Part shown: one piece after another, positions 59,245 through 64,000 of the stretch
Layout: every line of letters begins with the position of its first letter
Numbering within the stretch: the first letter of the stretch is position 1
Assembly (NCBI GenBank): GCA_973895155.1
Contig: OZ316892.1
Span: 22,297,168-22,361,167, forward strand
Origin: Marsupella aquatica
Taxonomy: Eukaryota > Plantae > Marchantiophyta
Direction of reading: 5' to 3'
Length of the DNA: 64,000 bases
Notes under the pieces: model-generated
What the model saw: the letters and a program-made list of their open reading frames with translations, nothing else
Told to the model about the DNA's origin: nothing
The model's database searches: none
Position numbers and translations under genes: made by a program

Positions 59245-59929
59245 CTTGGGGTCCTCACTTCTTTTCTTTTAATTGACCCATCGCAAGCAAAAAAGCAAAG
59301 AAGAAGTTAGGGGTTTTTTAAATTCAATTGGACATAATACTTTTAAATTTTTTTTTGAAGAAAATAAGGGTGATTTAATCAAATTTTGAGAATTATAAGA
59401 CTTAAGGGGGTTTTCAATCCAAAATTGTGTGAGGTATTTACTCTTGGTCTAGGGTTACAACTTTGACTGACATAGTTAAATAAGGGTTAATTATCTTAAT
59501 GGTAGACTAGTTAGGTTAACTAGGTTACACACCATATCCCAAATGGTGATTGCTTGGATAAAAGAAACTCAGGCTCATTGTTACAAAGCTAGTTGAGAGA
59601 TAGGGAGATCTTGTATTGCAAAGACATAGTATGGCTTATAGTGCAATAAACCTTTTGTATGTTCCTGTGGAGATAGTCCCAAGCTGAGGTGAACTATGTA
59701 ACTATGATCTCTGTGTGTCAACTACTTGTGTTTGGGATGGTTTATACGCTTGCCGTTGCAGTTGTTTTCTATGCTCAACAAATTGGGCATATTCCTAGAA
59801 TATTCATAGAGTTAGGGGTTAAAAATAAGTAAAATATATACTTTATTTTCTTAAGTTTTACAGAGTTTTACTACTTCAAAACTTTGCGCATATTATGGGA
59901 CCTCCCTTGCAGTGATTGATGCCCCTGAG
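59245..59929 (-). mobile_element. MITE (8-bp TSD ATGGCAAC/ATGGCAAT) containing a solo LTR
   Basis: CTTGGGGTCCTCACTTC...GCCCCTGAG termini. Confidence 0.75.
59428..59780. mobile_element. Solo LTR (353 bp), same family as 31278-31621
   Basis: TGTGAG...TGCTCAACA with TSD AATTG. Confidence 0.8.
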
Positions 59930-60999
59930 ATGGCAATAGTCACTTCTTTCCAATGGAGTTATGCCTGTTTTGTAATACAATTGCGGAACTTGACTAGGTA
60001 CCCTAACACTTAGCTTGGGCGTCACTAACTTCGACATCGAGCTCCTCTATGGACCAGGCTCCCGAATTCGCCATCCAGTGAGGACTAAGTATGGGGAGAC
60101 TAGTGGACAACAAGGCATGGCACTAGTAAGGGCAATTTGCTAAGCTAGTAACTAACGCACACTAAGGGACTTAGACTAACATGGAGATGGTCGGGTCATG
60201 TGAAAGGTTGGGCTTAGGGTGGACCATTGGAACCCCCCGACTGACTTTGAGTTCTGCGGGCTTGAGTGAGAGCTTCTCTTGGGCCTCCTTGGGCTCTATG
60301 CCCAAGTAAAATTAGTGAACCCCTGCAATGGTGACCCTTGCTCTTACCCCTTGCTATTTAAGTTTTTCTATAAAAATTTGTCTTGTTATCGGTAATATTA
60401 ATAATTTTTAGTTCAAAATGGATAAAAACCAATCTTCAAGCGTTTGCACATATTCCATGTATTATTTAACATTGAGGGCCCAGGGTTAGGCCCAAGACTA
60501 ACAAAGTTTACTTTATGAGCAACAAATATTTGACCCATGAGATACAGCGCGGCCTAGGTGTGGCCAACCAAGACCCCCTACTAGTGATGGGTTCTGAGGG
60601 CTTAGACATGAGCATTGGGCTGACCCGACTTCAATGGGCTAAGGCACTTCACTTATGGGCATCTAGCTAGCTAGAAAGTTATGGGCATACTAGCAAGTTA
60701 GTTGAGTGACCGTCCGTGCGTGCGAGATTGGAGTCCAAGTTGAGGGCCAAGTATAAAGGACCAAAGTTGGTCCGAGGGTGACAGGTCTCTCAAAGTATAT
60801 ATGAGGGGAGTGGTGTCTCCTTGGGGGCCAAGGGCAAGCCCAAGTCTTGAACTATGACGGTCACAACACTAAGTAAACACCGAACGGAAACTCATTTGCA
60901 ATCTAGTGTAATGTTATAGAATCACATTGATTACAAGTTAGGTTACTTTTCAAATCTTCCTCCATTTTGTGATAACCTCAAGCAACCCTTGTGTCTAAA

Positions 61000-61800
61000 A
61001 CAGCCTGCTATACTCACAACAGAGTCTCTACGTGGATGGAAAACATCCAAGCAATAACTTGGCTCACAATGCCATGTATTTCCCCAGGCTGATCATCCAA
61101 AATCCCGGAAATATCAGAAGATATACCCTTCCATAACACGTACTCGATGCTCACCTCTCTCTACCCATAAACCCAAGCAAAGCAAACTCATCTGACCAAG
61201 ATCAACAAATTCACACACACCTGAACCTGAACCTAAACCTAAACCGCTGCCTGTTCAGGACCCATCCTCTTTAAAGAACTTCAAAATCCCGCTCTAACCA
61301 GGATGTAGATCCCTAGAATCAGTCTTCTTTGGCCTGCCCCTCTTCCCAGACCTCACGGCCAGCATTCTTGTGTCATGCCTAGTTTCCAATGCATCCAAGT
61401 GATCTTGACTCACTAAGTGTGTCCTCAAATTGGACTCCAAGGTAAGCTTCTTGGGGCACAAGTCAGTGTGAAGCATTCCACAAACAGTACAGCGAAAACA
61501 AGAAAGAACTATTTGCATACTCAAGAGTACTGGGATCAGGAACAATAGAGTAGAGTTTGCCATCATCCCCAAGCCCCACATTCACCTGCTGAACTATCTC
61601 AACGCCTACTTTGATGGCGTCTGCATGATCATAATTATTCTGGCTTCTCAGAGATGTCTGCTGCCTGAACCAAAGTAGAAGGAATCCCCTTCTCCTACAA
61701 TAGTTATCCTTGTGCTTATTCATGACCAAGTGTTTGGTCTTAAAATTAAAATTGGAGATGGATTTAGGGTTCTGAGAGTTGTCTACCATTACCGTCGGAC
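61000..61800 (-). pseudogene. Degenerate ORF fragments with a C2H2-like zinc finger (probably transposon protein)
   Basis: FRCTVCG...LESNLRTHLVSQDH followed by an AT-hook-like GKRGRPKK; multiple frameshifts. Confidence 0.45.
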
Positions 61801-61949
61801 AAAATATCTTTGTCGCCTCCTTTTCTAAGTAACCATTCCTGAGGTTTAGTGCTTCTGCTGATCAAAATGCAACACTACTAGTGACCACAATTATGACAAA
61901 ATGTCCACACTAATAAAACTGGGTAGTACCACCCATGATGCAACTTAAG

Positions 61950-62640
61950 TAGTTTGTCTTACTCATACCCCACTAAGACGTTGAAACCAAAGTATAGCTT
62001 TTGATCATTATTCAGATCACTAGATCCATGAAATGTGGTCCATGGTTGGAGTGTTGAGGTGTGGATCAATAGGATGACGGGGACAATAAAATATTTGTTG
62101 TTGTTGTCCATGTGCTTCATGGTCCCAGATGTCCCTTTCATGAGCAAACCTTTTGCTTTTGATCATGTGGAGACAATCTGTATTCCAAGCATTTGGACAC
62201 TGTAGACATTGTACCATGTTCTTGACCATCTCACCCTCAAGACCCGATAACATGTCCAACATGATTGTATGCAGTGGGCAGGACTTTGCATCAGCTACCA
62301 AACACCCAAAGCAATAAAATCAAACACAAAAATGATCAGAGCATTTAAATTGCACAATTTTAGGTGATGGTCCCACAATGAGTCACCCATAACACATGGC
62401 CTGATCCTCATTACAATTTGGGCAAAACCATGGCTTCCCTCCATGATGGAGGGGAAGGACTACACAAGGGCAAGAGTTGTTAGGGGCTTCATTGCCAACC
62501 ACAAAATGAAATTGCCTCTGACCTGGCCCATCACAAATTACCAGCTTCCCACCATGCTCACAAATTGCACAAACACCCGCACAAACATGAGGGCTGGTTT
62601 GTAGATTCTCTTGCTCAGAGAACAACTGAATACACAATAC
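61950..62640 (-). pseudogene. Decayed EDM2/NSD-type PHD-finger cluster
   Basis: CAICEHGGKLVICDGP..RQFH...CPC...WFCPNC...C, then CPLH...VQCLQCPNAWNTDCL...IFYCPRH, parallel the tandem PHD fingers of EDM2-like proteins. Some ligands are mutated. Confidence 0.65.
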
Positions 62641-63384
62641 CTCTTCAAAGAGGCTCCTCCATCAGCAGACTGTTACTTTCTTTATGTTTGAAGACCTTGT
62701 CAACTGCAATCATCACAAAGCACATCACATATTAGAGTGACCTGTGTAATAGTGGGCAATCCATACACAATTAAAGATTTAAGGTTAATTGTAGATTGAA
62801 GTAACTAGTTGCAAACCTGCTCCAATTATTTGCAAACCTCCCTCCCAGCCGGTGGTCACTCAAAATGAATAGACGATCATGTAAGTCAACTAATGTTCAG
62901 TGCAACCTAGAGACCACCAACCAAGACATACATAAATACACTGCAACCTTGCAAAAATTTGCCACATAATGGGAATGAAAATGATTCTCATGAAATATAT
63001 CACAGATGGTACAATTGCAACCTTGCAAACAAAGGCCTAGTTATGAACAATGCATCCATGGGCTGTAACCTTAGCTTTATATGGAATACTATCTGGGACT
63101 ACAATATCAAGCTCAGTTATATGTGGAATACTATCAGGGACTACATTATCAAGCCTATCCGGGATGTCAATCTTGCGTAAAAGACACTCATTTTGAGGCC
63201 AAAGGGTTGACCTTATACAAGAGCACAATTTTGCCATGCTTTGCCATGTATGTCCTAGTAACAAGTCTTTCACACATTTTCAAGCAGAAGCAATGGAACC
63301 ATTCAAAATTGCCATTGCCAACCCTGCACTTGACACAGGATTCACACCAACAGCATTCATCAGGATGCTGTAAAAGGAGCTTCT

Positions 63385-63657
63385 CTCGGGGGTCTCACTA
63401 CATGGGGACCTCCCCATCACCTGCGACGTTTTTAGGCCTTGGACCCCCTAAAATGTCAGAAAAAAAATTATTTTTTAACCCCTATAAAGTTGAATTGAAT
63501 TAAAAAGGCCCTAATGTTCTTATAAGTCTCAAAATTGAATTTAAAAGACCCTATTGTTCTTCTACAAAAATTCTTAAGTCTTTCCTTACAACCAATAAAA
63601 TGACCCTATCCTTCGTCACACGTGATATGCCATTTTTGTGGAAGTGAAACCCCCTAG
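63385..63657 (+). mobile_element. MITE with perfect 8-bp TSD GAGCTTCT
   Basis: CTCGGGGGTCTCACT...AGTGAAACCCCCTAG; TSD at 63377-63384 and 63658-63665. Confidence 0.9.
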
Positions 63658-64000
63658 GAGCTTCTCATAATTCTCCTCTAATGTAATGCCCAATATAGCC
63701 ATGGCACTACTTTTTTGTACTTGGTGAATGGCTAGGCCAACAACTTGCAATTAAAGGCAACTTACTTACTAAGAAGACAATGTACAATTCACTAGGTAGT
63801 ACACTATGTGTTATACCAAAATGCTTCACCACAAGAGTTGGTGCTTGCTGTTGCAAGCATTGATGACAACCTCCACAATTGCTTTTGCAACCTGTGAACA
63901 CAAAATTGCAACCAACATTTCAATTCCTAAGTTACTTTTACATGGAGACAACCATTTGGGCATGCTGCCACAACAACAAACAAATAGGCTCAATAGACCT

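Noticed and set aside
61220-61246. Telomere-like CCTAAA/CCTGAA run (also TTTAGGGTTTAG at ~1479)
   Set aside because: Too short and imperfect to call an interstitial telomeric array.

Overview
Eukaryotic nuclear DNA, most consistent with a non-seed land plant. The evidence is a Replitron HUH transposon, a tRNA-containing TRIM, a plant-type mitochondrial rRNA fragment and one plant-type gene; the species cannot be called. 1-14.4 kb is nested transposon debris: a Ulp1-bearing DNA element, a 5.4-kb TG..CA insertion with a 5-bp TSD and an intact ~1200-codon ORF, and a frameshifted Replitron. One conventional gene with an uninterrupted CDS lies at 16142-17404. The main result is invisible in the supplied ORF track because the ORFs are under 60 aa. 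A tandemly duplicated cluster at 23.7-56.8 kb holds six predicted TATA-type transcription units. They carry 14 copies (11 intact, 3 disabled) of a 23-24 aa acidic micropeptide ORF, consensus MDPNDMFYGDD(D/A)PAWL(N/T)A(T/S)NDDD. Two units are apparently polycistronic arrays of 4-5 copies. Synonymous codon swaps and TAA/TAG/TGA stop interchange indicate selection on the peptide. Each unit also ends in a less certain basic sORF with a (R/K)(V/L)(K/R/Q)HRW motif. Also present are 8-bp-TSD MITEs, solo LTRs, a MULE-like foldback element, a NUMT and a decayed PHD-finger ORF. All alignments were made by eye and no database search was run.
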